From contig OZ287088.1 of NCBI GenBank assembly GCA_965645245.1, forward strand, positions 806,001 to 870,000: 64,000 nt of DNA, in the 5' to 3' direction. The position numbers and the translations under genes are program-made. This DNA comes from Massalongia carnosa. Its lineage: Eukaryota. Shown piece by piece: positions 10,576 to 24,480 of this stretch (positions are counted from its first letter, which is position 1; each line of letters opens with the position of its first letter). The notes beneath the pieces are model-generated. The model had not been told where the DNA came from. It worked only from the letters and a program-made list of their open reading frames with translations, and searched no databases.

Positions 10576-13500
10576 TGTAAGGAAGCTGTCGTCGATTCTA
10601 ATCAACCGCTATTAAACCAAAATTTATCTATAAAGAAGAATAGAATCATTGTGCGCGACTCGCTAGGAATATCTGCACCGAGTGTCGCGCTAGCCTCGCG
10701 TGCTCCCGTGATCCCCCTTTCCATCTCAGCCTTATGTCAGGCTAGGACCCTGACACTATCCCCCCCTTCTATTGGCGAGGTCTCCGAAGCGCTAAGTGGC
10801 AGTCGCCCTGCCAGCTAGCCTGATTCTTGATTATCGTCTATTTTTGTTAGATCATCTGATGGTTTGGGTTTCTGTGGATGTTCTCGATGGTATTGGAGAA
10901 TTTTGTCCTTTGAATTCTTGAAGTCTGTCCATGGTTGCCAGTAAGGGTTCGCGTTCCATTCATCCCAATTTCCAATGAATGTTGCTTTGTACTGCACGCC
11001 GAACTTTCTTGTTTCGCGGCAGTCTATTATTTCGAGGACTTCCCATTCTTCGTGGGCCTCCTCTTTATCGTTTTCGGTTATGGCTATGGGCGGTCCAGAC
11101 GGTAAGACTTGTCCTAGGAATGGGTTGGAAGGTGCGAGATGTAGCTTCCACGGATGAAAATGGGAGTAAGCCCGACCTTCTTTAACCGATCCGGGATCTC
11201 TAATTCGTATGCTTTATTGTTGATAATTCTTATTATCTTCCATGGTCCTGGGTTCTTGAACCTTAATGATCTGCTGGGTCTTTCTGGAGCAAAGTGCTTG
11301 GCGTTTACATAAACCATGTCCCCGATTTTGTATTCGGGGTGAGGTTGACGGCCTTTGTTTGCTTGTCGTGTTTGTTCTTCCTGAGCCCAGGCTAATTGAT
11401 CTCGGAGCCAGGTTCGCATGGCTTCTTGCCGTTCTATGATTTTGTCAGCATGCAGTATCTCTGCTTTTCCTTTTCCTTCGTATGTGCCTGGTGGTTCGAT
11501 GCCACAGCGTGGGTGGAAGCCATGGTCTGCGAAGAATGGAGTCATTCCCGTTGATACTTTTAAATGATTGTTGGCGGCAAACTCGGCGCCCGAGAGATAA
11601 TCCACCCAATTGTCTTGTGTATAACTTACGTATGCTCGAAGGTAGTTCTTCATTACCTTGTTGGCGTTTTCGGTTTGACCGTCTGTTTCGGGGTGATGTG
11701 CGGAAGAGAACTTTATTTTAACACCGTATCTTTCGCAAACTCTTTTCCAAAGGTGAGCGGTTAGTTGACTACCGCGATCATTGACTGTTGATATAGGAAA
11801 TCCGTAGGAGGAGAATAATCTTCTGGACATTGCGTCCATCAGTTCGTCCATGGAGAGAGAGGTTAGTGGTTCGTATAATCGTCTTTTCGTTAAACGATCT
11901 ACTTTCACTAATATGTGTTGATAGACTCTGTTTCGTCTTCGGCATTCTGGTAGAAATTCAACGAAGTCCAACGATACGTCCATCCATTTTCTGTTCGGGA
12001 TCGGAAGAGGGTTCAAGAGACCTTGCTTTTTGTCGTTGTATGCTTTTGATCTTCGACATACGGAACAGTTCACTGCGTATCTCTTGCAATGCTCTTTCAT
12101 TTCGAACCAGAAGTAATTTTCTCTTATTGTTTGATACATACTCTTGTATCCTGGATGGCCCTGTAATGGTGGTTCGTCGTGCTTTTGCAGTAAATGTAGC
12201 TGCAGTGTCTCGTGATTTGGTACGTATAGTCTTCCTTTGACATACAACTTGCCGTTTTCTATTTTGAGGTCCCCCATTGCTAACTTTAGTCCTCTTTTGA
12301 TGAGGTTCAATGGGAGTTTTCTCAGTTCCTTTTTCTTTGCCGCTATTATGTCTTGTACCGTTTCATCTCTTTCGTAAGCTTCTTCGATTAGCTCCTTCCA
12401 AGTCTTCGTTATCGGGTTCTCGGTCTCATCGGTCCCTGATATATGTTCTGCATTGGGTTCTTCTGATTCCGTTGCGTCTTTCTCAGTGATTTTGCTTCGA
12501 TCGTCTTGATCGTTATCGTGATCGTCGTCGCCTGCTGTGTTCGCGCAGAACACAACTGTTAATGCTTTACGTATATCGTCATCTAATTGATGCTCCTACA
12601 ACAACGTTTGAAATTGATGTTGTTCTTTGATATCTTCGAATCCCTTCGGGAGATCTTGAGAGCGTTGGGTCAGCGTGTCCGGTTTCTCTCCTTGCTTCCC
12701 CGGTCGATACATTATCTTGAAATTAAATTCGGAGAGAAATTCGGCCCATCTGGCTTGTCTTCTGTTCAGCTGCTTCGTGGTCATGAAATGCTCTAAGTTC
12801 TTGTGATCGGTGTATACTTTGACAGGTTTATCAGGAGCAGCACTTGCAACCTCGGGGCGCCAGACTTCGAAGCTCTTTACAATAGCGAGGAGTTCCTTAT
12901 CATAAATCATATAGTTACTGTCGGACTAACGGCAGAGATTATGTAACAAGCGAGACAAGCTCATATAAAATTCTCTTCTTGTAAATTTAGGCTTAGAGGA
13001 TTCATCATAAATCAATCAATAAATCAATCATCTATTTCACTATCAAGAGATGTTCTTTTGACGTAAATATAAATTCATCATAGAGCTCATTGTTATCATA
13101 CATTCAGCTCAACAGTTACACTCGGCAGGGGTCATCTTCTTGGAAAAATAGGCTACCGGTTTCAGTACTCCATCGTGCATTTGAGAGAGAACTCCGGCGC
13201 TGACGAAATCTGAAGAGTCAGTCTCGACCCATGTTAGGGGCGGATCGTAATGTGCTAAGACGGGAGCGGTGGTGAACGCAATTTTTAAATCTTCGAAGGC
13301 CTTTTGACAATCTTCAGATCAGACGAACGAATTATACTTGGTTCGTTTCTTTCCTGATTTAGTCGTTATTTGTTCGCCCTTTGTTAACTCTGTTAACGAT
13401 CTCGTCCATTGCGAAAATCTCGATATAAATCGTCGATAAAAATTCGCAAAGCCTAAATATGCTTGCACGTCTTTTACGGAGCCTGGGGTCTCCCATTTCA

Positions 13501-15878
13501 GAATCGCCTCGATTTTCTCCGAGTCCATTTTTATTCCATCGGCGGTGACTATCAATCCAAGATACTTTACCTCCGCCACAGAGAATTCGCATTTGTCTCT
13601 GTCCACTTGCAGTCCTTTCTCTTTCAATCGAGTTAGGACTTTTAGCACTTGTTCGGAATGCTCTTCTTCGTTTTCGCTGTAAATTAGGACGTTGTCTAAA
13701 TACGCCGTGTAGAAAACGTCTAAGTATTCTCTGACTGTGTCGTTAATGAAATTCCTGGAGCGTTGCAAAGGCCGAATGGCATCACCAGATATTCGAACTG
13801 ACCATATCTAGGATTGAAAGCCGTGAGCCACTCGTGACCTTCTTTCATTCTCATACGATTGAACGCGGTAATCACATCGAGTTTCGTGAACTTCTTGGCC
13901 TGTGATAGTTTTCCCAATGTTTCATTTATCAACGGTATTGGATATCTGTTCTTGATCGTGATGGAGTTCAAGGCTCTATAATCCTTGCAGAATCTTAGAC
14001 CACCCCCTGGTTTTCTAACTAGAAGAACGGGGACTGCTGCGCTTCAAGAACTTGGACGAATGAAGCCCTTTCCCAGATGCTCGTCAATGTATTTCTTAAC
14101 CGCTTCCAATTATTGTTCTGACATGGGTTTATAGTTCCTTACGTACGGAACTTCTTTTCCTGCCTCGAGGTTTATCTGATGATCTTCCTTCCGATGTTCA
14201 GGCAGTTCATCTGCCTTGTGCTTCATGAAAACATCTATTACGCTATGATAAGCTGCAAGGACTCTCTTCAACAACTCTCGGGTGTATTCCGGTTTTCCCT
14301 TCATGAAATTGTCGTAATCTCCCGATGTCACTGCTCCGGTGGTAGTTGCGCAGAAGGCCTTCTTTGTTTCTCGAGGAATCCATAGATAGCCGTCGTGATC
14401 CTTCTTTCCGGCCATTCGAAAGAAGTGTTTTGCGTTGACTGGAAGAACTTCGATGTCTTCCTTAGGCTCGATCCTATTCTTAACCTTGCTTCCCACAGCG
14501 AATTCGATGCAAGTTATCCCTCGTGTAAGACATCCTTTTTCAAGACGTTCTGATGAGTTGAACTTCATCGTTCTCTCTTTCCAATTGATCATTGGGTTGT
14601 GCGTTTGCAGCCATCCATCCCCTAAAATGACTGCATACGCTTCTAGTTTTGCCAAATAACATAAGACATGCTCTTCGTGATCTCCGATTTTCACGTCGAT
14701 CAAGCGGCCTTCGAGAGGAGCTGTAACACCTCTCCATTTCTCAAAGTAAGTTTCACCTTCTTATCCAGTTTGAAGGTGTTCAATTTGTGTTTACGCACAA
14801 AGGATTCGTCAATGAGTTCAGCTTCACATCCATTATCGATAAGTAAACGGGTTTTAATTCCAGCTATGCTAGTCTTAAAAACTAAATGCTTGCCCTCGAT
14901 TTTCTTTTCAGTATCGCGGACAGCACAAGTAGAGACCCTAACCAATTTCGTTTCAGTGTCACCGTTACCATTAACAACCTCCTTGTTTGTACGCCCTTGA
15001 TCGCGATTTCGATCAAGGACTAGGCTTTTCCCGCCTCAGATTCCGCTCCCGAATCTGTTTCTACTGTCCTCATGGTGCTCAAGTTCTTGTCCCTGTATTG
15101 AGGACAAATGGTATTGTTTCCTCGATGTCCTGATCCCCTGCATGCCCAGCATCGGCGTTGACGGGAGAGGGACTCGCGCTCGTCATCCTTCAGCTTCCTT
15201 GGGCTTGGGTGTGGATCATGCCAGGTGCCTACCCAACCAGCCGGTTTGACTATCGTTGGCATCAGCTTCGCATTCGGCCGATCCTCAGATTTCTTGGAGC
15301 TGGTTTGATTGATGGAGGATGAGGCGGACTTCCCGTCGGAGGACTGGTTTGAGGATTGTCCGCCGGAGAAGTTGCTTCGTTGGCTGGAGTTCTTCGTTGC
15401 GGCTGCTTTATCGGGACGAGGAAATTGGTGCGCCACATCTTTGCGGCGGTCTTCGATTCTTCGTGCTTCGTCAAGTAAAGGGCGGAAATCAGTAAAGACT
15501 GAACCCATAAGAGAGTTGGAGATGCTAGGCTTTAACGTCACGAGGAACTTCTCAATTCGCTCGTCAACGGGAGTTTTGGCTTTCTGCCATAGCTTGAAGA
15601 TCCAGTGATAATACTCGCTGACGCTTTCGCCCCCTTTCATGATGACGGTAAGGAGCTCTTTCTTGGCGTCGCGGCTCTGAAGGTGAATGCCCATGTAATG
15701 CTCTATCTCTTCGAACTAAGCGTCGGCCGATAGTGAGTCTCCCATATCCGCTACCCAAGAGTGCATAGCCCCGAAGATCGGCGCTTCCATTTGAGACAGC
15801 GCGTAACCGACCTTTTCGCTCTCATTGGCGTAGAGGGGTGCGTCTGTCTTCAGTTTGTTGCGGACGGAGTACGCCCAA
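10576..15878 (-). mobile_element. Ty3/gypsy chromovirus-type LTR retrotransposon, decayed and 5'-truncated
   Basis: gag with CWACRGSGHRGNNTIC knuckle, protease LLIDNGC, RT ([22 protein letters not shown]), RNase H ([10 protein letters not shown]), integrase (HPETDGQTE), chromodomain at about 10830-11070, polypurine tract at about 10761-10770, LTR edge TGTCA at 10755. Left LTR boundary is approximate. Confidence 0.93.
12919..13114. mobile_element. Solo LTR (196 bp) inserted in the gypsy RNase H
   Basis: TG...CA ends, 5-bp TSD GTTAC on both sides; splits [13 protein letters not shown]. Confidence 0.9.
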
Positions 15879-15880
15879 GG

Positions 15881-18800
15881 CGAGAAGACTCGGGACAGTC
15901 CCCTCCCACCTTCCCCCAGCGAAAAGCATTCCAAATTAGGACTAGCTACAAGCCACCTCCCCGTTATCACTATGATAGGTAGACCGCACTTCTTATCTTT
16001 TTCTTTGCTATGGCCCTCACATCAACGTCCCTGGATACACGTTTGCAAAGGGCTATAGCGATTTTACCGTCGTCTCATCGTCTTCCTCCGAGTGAGAGTG
16101 AAATCTTTATCTCCTGGGAGGAGGGAAAAACCCGCCTTCAGAATTATGCCTTTACTCAAGGCTTTACATTGGTCACAGAGACTAATGATAAGAAGAATCA
16201 TCTCGTTATACTAGATTGCACCCGTCATCACAAAAGAGAAAGAAACACTAGAAAGCTAGAGGAGAAGGACCGCGTACGAAAAAACACGAAATTCTCGTTC
16301 AACGAGTGCAAATATCGACTAAGACTGAAGCAAGATAAAGACGAATCGTGGAGATTAATCGTCACCAATCCTGATCACAATCACGAGATGGCTACAGACC
16401 CCTTTCGGTTTCATAGAGCATCGTAGCCAAGACCTCGATCGAGCAACTGCCCTAGATCAAGCAAGAAGTCTCCGTGATGCATCAACTAGATACGGTCAAG
16501 TATCTCGCGTTTTGGGAATGACTGGCCTGCGCCTTTCGAAGAAGGACTATTACAACCTGGCTCGATCCCAGGGCAAACATACACCTGAAGAAGAGTTGAC
16601 CTATGCACTTGGATTTCTAGAAGAAGAAGGGTTTCATGTACTGACTTTGGAGAAATATCTCGTTGAAAACAATACTCCCCGAAGACGTGTTGTTGAACAT
16701 TTCTTTTTCTGTAACGCTGAACAGATCCGACTGACTAGACGATTCGTCAGTGGATTTTTGATAGAAACGGATGCTACGTTCAATACAAATCAGTTGAACT
16801 TACCTCTATCGGTGTTGGTTGGCATCACCAACACAAATCAGACTTTCCCCGCGGCCTATTGTTATATAACTTCTGAATCGGCTGAGTGCTTTACGTTTCT
16901 ATTTGATTGTATGAAAGATCTCTTTTTTCATGATACATGTCCTGGTCCTAGGGTCATCCTCGGAGACTTCGCCGCTGGATTGACTGCAGCGATGCATAAA
17001 AAACGGGCTAAGGAAATAAACCCGGATGCAGCAATGACCGATGCATGGCAAGTCGCCCAATCAATACACGAAACCGACCCTGATTGTGTGTTGCAATTAT
17101 GCACGTGGCACGCAGCGGAGGCAATCAAGAAACGCCTGATCAGGGCGGGTTCATATCCTTTAGAAGTACGGAAAGAGCTGCATGAATTGATATGGGAGTG
17201 GATCAAAACTCCTACCGTTGAACAGCTGGATGAGAAGAGAAACGCGTTGATATTGAAGCTTCATGCTTCAGAAAAGGTATGAAGCCATCAAAAAACGTTA
17301 ATAAGGGCTAACTCACTCCTATTTCCAGGAGTATTTTACTAGCTATTATCAACGTCAGCAGTGTCAGTTTGTTTCCGCATACACCAGAAAGTTCCCTAAT
17401 TTAGGTGCACATAGCACACAAAGGGTGGAAGGGTTGGTAAAGAATGTGACAAATAGGCATACACCTATTAAGGACTCGGTGCGGAAAATATGCGAAACAG
17501 TGCAAAGGGTTCAGGTTGACTACGAAATATCATCCAATCATAAACGAATCAACAACGCCCGGCTAATGGATAGAAGTGCGTTCAAAGACCTTATAGGTTT
17601 AATAACTTAGCATGCTATTGACCTCATATCTAGAGAGTTGGATGCAGCTAAACTTTTAGCCAAAGATTTCAATCAACAGGTTTCTTTTGGAGTTGAAGGG
17701 ACTGCATTAATCGAACCAACCGGTGAGGACTGTGTGTATGATTGTGATTTGCCTCCACGATACGGTCTTCCGTGCAGATGCTGGTTGTATCGTTGCGTCA
17801 TTGATGTTATCCCCATACCTATCTCTCTCATTCATCCCGCTGGTTTTTCGATGGCCCGCCTTTTGTGGTCTTGTGGAGAATAGTTTTCGACCCCACCATA
17901 AATTTCGCTGAGATGTTTCGGAGAGCAGCTCACAGGAAGACCACAGAAGAGCAGGATGAGGAGGCGGATGAGGGGGGGCATGCTCAACAAAGACAAGAAT
18001 CTGAGCCGGAAGAGGAGATCGAGAAGGCAGTTGACAATAATACTGGGGATAGATTTCGGCGCGGGGGTGTTGATTTGCGCATGCGGCCGCACATCAATCT
18101 ATTGATTTTCATAAATCAATAGAAAATGTGCATAGAAGGGAGGGATACGCTCGTGAATTCGCCAAATTCACTGCTATTTTCAATAAAAAATGGCAGGATA
18201 AGGAGCTGGCGAGGCCACTTATCCCTACAACTTTCCCCGACGAAATCCAACCGAAGGACAACCTCATGTATAAAAAGAGTGGGAGTCGCCGGCGGGCTTA
18301 CACTGGCCGTGAGGCAGCTGAGGCAGATGAAGCTAAGCAGCGACGTGCTAAACGTAAGGGCTCGATTGAAGAAGGGAGAAGAAGAAGGCATGAAGATGAA
18401 TTGCGGGCAGGCGGTGAAGACAAGGGTATGATTGATGATAAAAAACCCATGATATCAGCAAATCGATCGATGTAGCGCGGCTAATATTCGGTATAGATTC
18501 CGGAGATGCTATCATCGTATCTGACGACGATGACCTGCAATATATTGCGGGCAGGCGGTGAAGACAAGGGTATGATTGATGATAAAAAACCCACTATATC
18601 AGCAAATCGATCGATGTAGCGCGGCTAATATTCGGTATAGATTCCGGAGATGCTATCATCGTATCTGACGACGATGACCTGCAATATATAGCAACTCAGC
18701 CTACCCCCGATCCTCCACTGTCTCTGAATGAGAATGATGATTTTATCCCTCCATCCCCGGCATCTTCTTCCGATTTCATTTGAAGATATTGATGAAGTGC

Positions 18801-19320
18801 TGGCGAAACATAGCCAAAAGGCTCTTTCCCAAACGGTTCCCTCTCCAAAAGCTCCTTCCCTTTATAGCCTCAGTCAAAAAAACATCCGCGCTAGCCAGCT
18901 ACCATCCACATCGTCTGCAACAACAACACGAGGGTCACGGGGTGTGGTAGCCAAAAAATCGAAGGCTCAGTTAGAGTTAGAGTCTCAGCAGAGGGCCGAC
19001 CAAGCGGCCAAACAAGCAAGTGCTGAGGAGAGGAAAAACGCAGCTGCAAGAAAGGTTGCTAAGACTATGAAGCCTAGAAAGGATGATGTTTCGCAATTGA
19101 GGGATGCATTTTCGGAATTGAGATCATCGCAATGAGTGGTAGGAGTAGTAGTAGATGAGGATTTTTCAGAATGCGGGGCTAAGCTAAATCAGCTAGAGGA
19201 AGCTTGTGGAGAGTCGGTGGACGTGCACATATTTAGTATGGGAAGGTGGCTTGTAGCTAGTCCTAATTTGGAATGATTTTCGCTGGGGGGACGGTGGGGG
19301 GACTGTCCCGAGTCTTCTCG
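15881..19320 (+). mobile_element. Mutator/MULE DNA transposon with decayed transposase
   Basis: ~75-bp TIRs (CGAGAAGACTCGGGACAGTCCCC... / ...GGGGACTGTCCCGAGTCTTCTCG); FAR1-like N-terminus (HNHEM), MULE core DATFNTN, LQLCTWH, SWIM-like YGLPC; frameshifted pieces 16010-19135. Confidence 0.9.
18400..18687 (+). repeat. ~144-bp direct tandem duplication inside the MULE
   Basis: ATTGCGGGCAGGCGGTGAAGACAAGGG... starts at about 18400 and again at about 18544. Confidence 0.9.
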
Positions 19321-19399
19321 GAAGGTTACCTCCGACTGAATCTCTATCTACACTGCGGACCTGCCTCCATACACAAGGTCTAGACTACAAGGTCAAGTA

Positions 19400-21108
19400 C
19401 GGAGGATGACACAAAAAGTCCTTGGATGCGCTAAGAATGGCACTAAGGATTTAGCGCTGCATCACCGCCCCTTTTCCATATTTGATTTATCATCTTTATT
19501 TTTCACATCAACCTTATTTTCAAACGATATAATGCATTAAAAATCAGGTCTATATGCAGACTTATGACATGATCAGTCTACATCACTTCTATCAGATATA
19601 ATGTCTTTGCGAATGCGACGATCTTCGGAATTATATGGCCGAATCACGCCATTGTCTCGACCCTCTCGATACTCGTTTCCTCCATTCAAAGCGATGACTT
19701 CTTCTATATGTCATGGAATTCGTTCTATCCATTGCAGAATTAATTTTTTGTTTCAGAGTTTTTGTCCAGCACCGAGTCCATGCTTTGATAGCCGTAATGC
19801 TATTTCGAGGTGCTCCTTTTCGTGTGGTTTGCCTTTTCATCCAAGGCCAACATTGCTCGATCATGTTCAAATCAGGAGAATTACCCGGCCACAATAAACG
19901 CAAGACTTCTGCATCCATAAAGACGAGGTCTTGATATTTGGAAGCATGACTAGGGGCTCTGTTCTCCTGCACAACAGTATCGGGACGATCTTTTATACAA
20001 TCTTTTATACAATCTTTTGCAAACGGAAGAAGTTTAGGAAGAAGAACAGTTTTTTGATAACGATACCAGTCGATGCCCCCTTTGCCTTTTCGAGCCACTT
20101 TTCCATGCTTTTCATCCCATTTCCAGACCGGTTTTCGACCTCCTTTGGTACGCAGTCCCATTCGTTTCATGCCTATTTCCAATTCCCAATTTTCTTTCGC
20201 TAGAGGCTCCAATGCCTCATTGATTTTGTCGATTTCTCCTTGAGCGGCACGTTTTTCTGCCGCTGTCTCCGGCTTCCATATATGAAAAGGACCTTTCTTT
20301 TCATACGAAAAACAACCCCAAAACATGAATTCGGAACATCCTTTCCATCTACGTCGAATGCACGTTTGAGCATATTTTTCTTTTGGAGTTCGCCACTGAA
20401 GTCTTCGTCCTCTTCGAGAGCCTAACACAACACTAGTTTCATCGCTCCATAAAATATTCTTCCAGTCAACGAGAGTCCAATGACGATAACGCAAACAGAA
20501 TTGCAATCGAGCCTCTTTCATTGCTGATTCAAGGCCTGGTTTCATGGTAGATTTGCAGGGACGAAAGTTATTGCGTCGAAGAACATTGAGATAGTTGTAG
20601 ATGAGACTCCGTGCTCATATCCCAAAACGGCTGAGGATTTTTCTCTACAATTTCGATCATGACGAACGTTGTCTAAAACGGTCTGTTCTACCTCAGACGT
20701 CACTTTAGGAAGACGTCCTGAACGACATGCATCTTCTACGTATTCTACCTTCAATATTCGCGAAACAGTGGGATCATATCCTCGATCTCGTGCCTTGCGT
20801 TTGAGATAGCTGATAGACTGAGTAGAGACTCCGATGACTGCTTGAACGACTTCGGCTGTTATGTCGTGTTCAATCAAAGATAATGCTTTTAACTTTTGAC
20901 CAATGGTCAGACTATTGTTCTGAGTTCGTGATGTCATGATATGAAGCATATAAAATTTTACATGATAATATTTGATAAATAAAAGATGCTGCACAGGTTA
21001 AAATGTACAATATCTATAAAAACCCCTATTTAATTTTTTGTGTTCTTTCTTCACGACGCTAAAAATGCACTAATACACGCTACCAAGGACTTTTTGTGTC
21101 ATCCTCAG
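19400..21108 (-). mobile_element. Tc1/mariner transposon, frameshifted transposase (19631-20937)
   Basis: 26-bp TIRs CGGAGGATGACACAAAAAGTCCTTGG / CCAAGGACTTTTTGTGTCATCCTCAG, TA on both sides; WSDET, WPGNSPDLNMIE motifs. Confidence 0.93.
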
Positions 21109-22006
21109 TAGGTTCATTCAGCCGACATCACTACCAACGTAGCAATAATGGTTGAAGCTGAAGTTTACACCGGGGAGGCCGAGCTCAAGCTGCGTCCAGT
21201 TAGCCGTGCCTCCTGCTACAACTCTTGATCCATCAAGAGATCGAGTAGCTCCGAGTAGGCCAATAGATTCCATAAACAGTTCACGGCTAGTGTCCACAGG
21301 AGTTCGCCTTACTACATGGCAATCTACCACCGCGGCCTCGACAGGTGTTTGATCTGTAAGCAGTCAAGAACGTTGTAACAACTAATTCAGAGTTGTGTGG
21401 CAAGGTGGCGTCGTGTCAGCCTCGACGGCTATGCGACTAAGTACGAAGAATGACGCCGAAAGTCCTTGTTAACGTTAAATATGCAGCTAAAAAAAAGCCA
21501 CTTTACATGGGTATATTTGCATGGATAGATATTTATAAAATATCTATTTATCGAACAATCGCATGAAGCTATTCAGAATTATCAGCATCATCATCTTTAT
21601 CACTTACACTAATCGCTATCAGTGCTTTCTCGTTTGAGATGAGCGCGATGATATCGAACACGGCGATCTTCTTTATTATACGGTCGTACGACTCCGATCT
21701 CTCTACCTTCTCTATACTCGTTACCTCCGTCTAAAAATATCATCTCGTCAGCATGTCGCTTTATACGTCAACTCCTCCGTCCAGCACTTTGTCCAGGCCT
21801 TTTCAGCCTCAATACGAGTCCGCGGAGCACCTAATCGAGTGGTTCTTCGATTCATCTAGAACCAGCAAGGCTCGATCATGTTCAGATCAGGAGAATTTCC
21901 AGGCCATAATAGATGCATGACGTTGAAATCCATAAAGATCGGATTTTGATGTTTGGATGCGTGACTGGGGGCCTTGTCTTCCTGTACGATAGTGTTTGGT
22001 CGATCT

Positions 22007-22176
22007 TGTGACGAAGCGAGATAGTGAATAGATTTCTACCATTGCGCCACCTGTCCTCCCGACCAAAAGGCACAATACTTAGTCCGCAGACCAAGCTCTA
22101 TTCTACTATAACTGGGAATCCTGCTATATTCGCTGTAGGTCCTGCCGTCCGCACCACGCTTGGTCGAACCGTTACA
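22007..22176 (+). mobile_element. Solo LTR, 170-bp family (copy 1)
   Basis: TGTGACG...CGTTACA with TSD GATCT. Confidence 0.9.
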
Positions 22177-22345
22177 GATCTATCGTATATTCTTTTGCAA
22201 ACGGAAGAAGCTTAGGAATTAAGACGAGTTTTTGATAACGATACCAGTCCACTACTCCCTTGCTATCTCGAACGACCTTACCGTGTGTTTTATCCTATTC
22301 CAGATAGGTTTTCGACCTCCTGGATTAAGTAGCTTTATTCGTCTC

Positions 22346-22516
22346 TGTGACGAAGCGAGATAGTGAATAGATTTCTACCATTGCGCCACCTGTCCCTCCC
22401 GACCAAAAGGCACAATACTTAGTCCGCAGACCAAGCTCTATTCTACTATAATTGGGACTCCTGCTATGTTCCCTGTAGGTTCTGCCGTCCGCACCACGCA
22501 TAGTCGAACCGTTACA
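22346..22516 (+). mobile_element. Solo LTR, 170-bp family (copy 2)
   Basis: Same sequence family, with a different TSD (GTCTC). Confidence 0.9.
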
Positions 22517-22948
22517 GTCTCATGCTGGTTTCTAACTCCCAATTCTATTTAGCTTCTGATTCTAAAGTCTCATTGAATTTATCTAACTCAATTTGTGCCT
22601 CTGTTTTCTCTTTTGCGGTCTCTGTTTTCCAGATATGAAAAGGTCCTTTCTTATCGTACGAAAAACAGCCCCAAAACAAAAACTCAGAGCATCCTTTCTA
22701 TCTACGTCGAATACACGTTTTAGCATACATTTCTTTCGAGGTACGCCACTGAAGTCTTCTTCCACGTCTAGAACCCAATATAATGCTTGTTTCTTCAGTA
22801 CATATAACGTTCTTCCAATCATCAATAGTCCAGTGCTGATATCGCAAACAAAAGTGCAGACGAGCCTCTTTTATGATCGAATCTAGACCTGCCTTTTTCG
22901 TGCTTTTACAGGGGCAAAACCCATTCTGTTTAATCGTAAGAAGTATAG

Positions 22949-23282
22949 TGTGGTGGGGCGACATGTGTCATCTACGGTCAGGTGACATGGCAGGCCTGTG
23001 TGGGGATAAAACGGGTTTTTTGCTGGCGTTTTCTTCATCATCTCCTGAAATCATCTTCTATCGCCTACGCTGTCATCATCATCGTCGTGTCACATAGTCA
23101 TCGACACACGTTTATTTCGTGTATCAACTAGTCGTTCAGTCGTTCAGTCGTCGAGTTCTTTTCAGCTCTATGCAGTCGTAGGTCTATTCAGACGTTTGTG
23201 TGTGTTTGTGTTCACTGCTCAGTACGCCATCTATCATGACGTACCACTACCTTCCAATAGCACGCACGACTACCCTTCTTCA
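22949..23282. mobile_element. Probable solo LTR (~334 bp)
   Basis: TG...CA, flanked by ATAG(T) duplication; interrupts the transposase between SPT and ILLTIKQNGF. Confidence 0.7.
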
Positions 23283-23881
23283 ATAGTAGGGGAGGAGAGT
23301 TTATTATTAAACCCAATAATAGCTGATGGTTTTTCTCTGCTATTTCGCTCTTGCACTACATTTTTCAATATAGCTTGCTCTACCTCCGGTGTAACCTTTT
23401 TAGGTCGTCCTGAACGAGGTGCATCTTCTACACATTCTAATTCTAAAACACGAGATACAGCTGGATCATATCCACGCTGTCGTGCTTTGATTTTGAGAGC
23501 TGAAATCGATCTTGTGGAGACTCCAGTCACTGCTTGCACGATTTTTGCCGCAATTCCGTGTTCTACAAGCGCTAAAGCCTGTATTCTTTGTGCAGTCGTG
23601 AGACTATCGCTCTGCGCATTGGGCATGATAATGATGATAATTAAAACCTTCTACTGAATATCAGATGTAGTATAATAATTCGTGATTTTCTACACTATTT
23701 TAGTACTATATTCCCCTTATAAGCTAATAAACACTAATGCACGTCTCATGTACGCTAGCAAGGACTTTCAGAGTCATCATTCTTACTACAGCTTGGCTCA
23801 TACTAGTTTATCCCGCAACCGTCGTAGGCGATCACGTATCCCTCTAGCGCCATTCTTATTATATTTTCTTTTCCTATCACT

Positions 23882-24044
23882 TGTCACCCCCTTCTAAACG
23901 AGGTGATCTTATCTTATCGTGGGACTAAGCCTAATGCGGCATCTAATGTTTCCGTAGATGATCTGTCTATCTAGGGCAGCCGTAGGTGCTATGTTTATTG
24001 TACTGATAGGTGTTCATTGTGCTGGTAGGAATTTGATCTTCAAC
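23882..24044. repeat. ~160-bp LTR-like repeat (second copy at about 39646-39808)
   Basis: TGTCACCCC...TTCAACA; closely similar sequence at 39646-39808 and a diverged inverted relative near 33654-33765. Confidence 0.7.
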
Positions 24045-24207
24045 AAGATAACAATAATATCAAGATTGTTGTTTTTGTGAAGTTGTTCCTTTTTTGACTG
24101 GGTTTGTTACTGAAATATTGTTGACTTTAGAAATATTGATATTCGATAAATCAGAAGCAGAGTCGAATTTAATATCAAATGAGAAAGACAAGAGCGAAGT
24201 GATAATT

Positions 24208-24359
24208 TACGTCGCGGAACGGGTTAGGTTTTCGACACAAAATTGCTTTTTCGCCACCGGGGTTTTCTCTGAAAACTCAACCCGGACACCAAAAATCATA
24301 GGGTTCGCCACAAACGGGTTGGGTTTTCAGTAGAGAAGCCCGACCAGTTGCGCGGCGTA
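24208..24359 (-). mobile_element. hAT-type MITE (152 bp)
   Basis: Termini TACG(T/C)CGCG...CGCGGCGTA with an imperfect 8-bp TSD; same family as 38891-39037 and the ends of 62424-63889. Confidence 0.75.
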
Positions 24360-24480
24360 TGTAAATTCATATTTGAAATGAGTGCGAGTTAAATGGGTAA
24401 GATAAGATGAAACCGAAATTTTTTTCAAGAAAGATATTACTTCATGAAACACACAATAACTCAAAATTCTCCGCTTGCTA

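Larger units (their letters stand above)
21444..23783 (-). mobile_element. Older related Tc1/mariner copy, heavily decayed, carrying three solo-LTR insertions
   Basis: Degenerate TIRs similar to those of 19400-21108, TA flanks; ORF 23270-23626 is homologous to 20542-20994. Confidence 0.85.
19321..23862 (+). mobile_element. 5'-truncated copy of the ~1-kb LTR family, split by two Tc1-like insertions
   Basis: Segments 19321-19399, 21109-21443 and 23784-23862 match consecutive parts of 62449-63476. Confidence 0.85.

Noticed and set aside
22007..22516. TRIM or mini-retrotransposon formed by two 170-bp LTRs
   Set aside because: Each LTR has its own TSD and the spacer is host transposase sequence, so these are two independent insertions.
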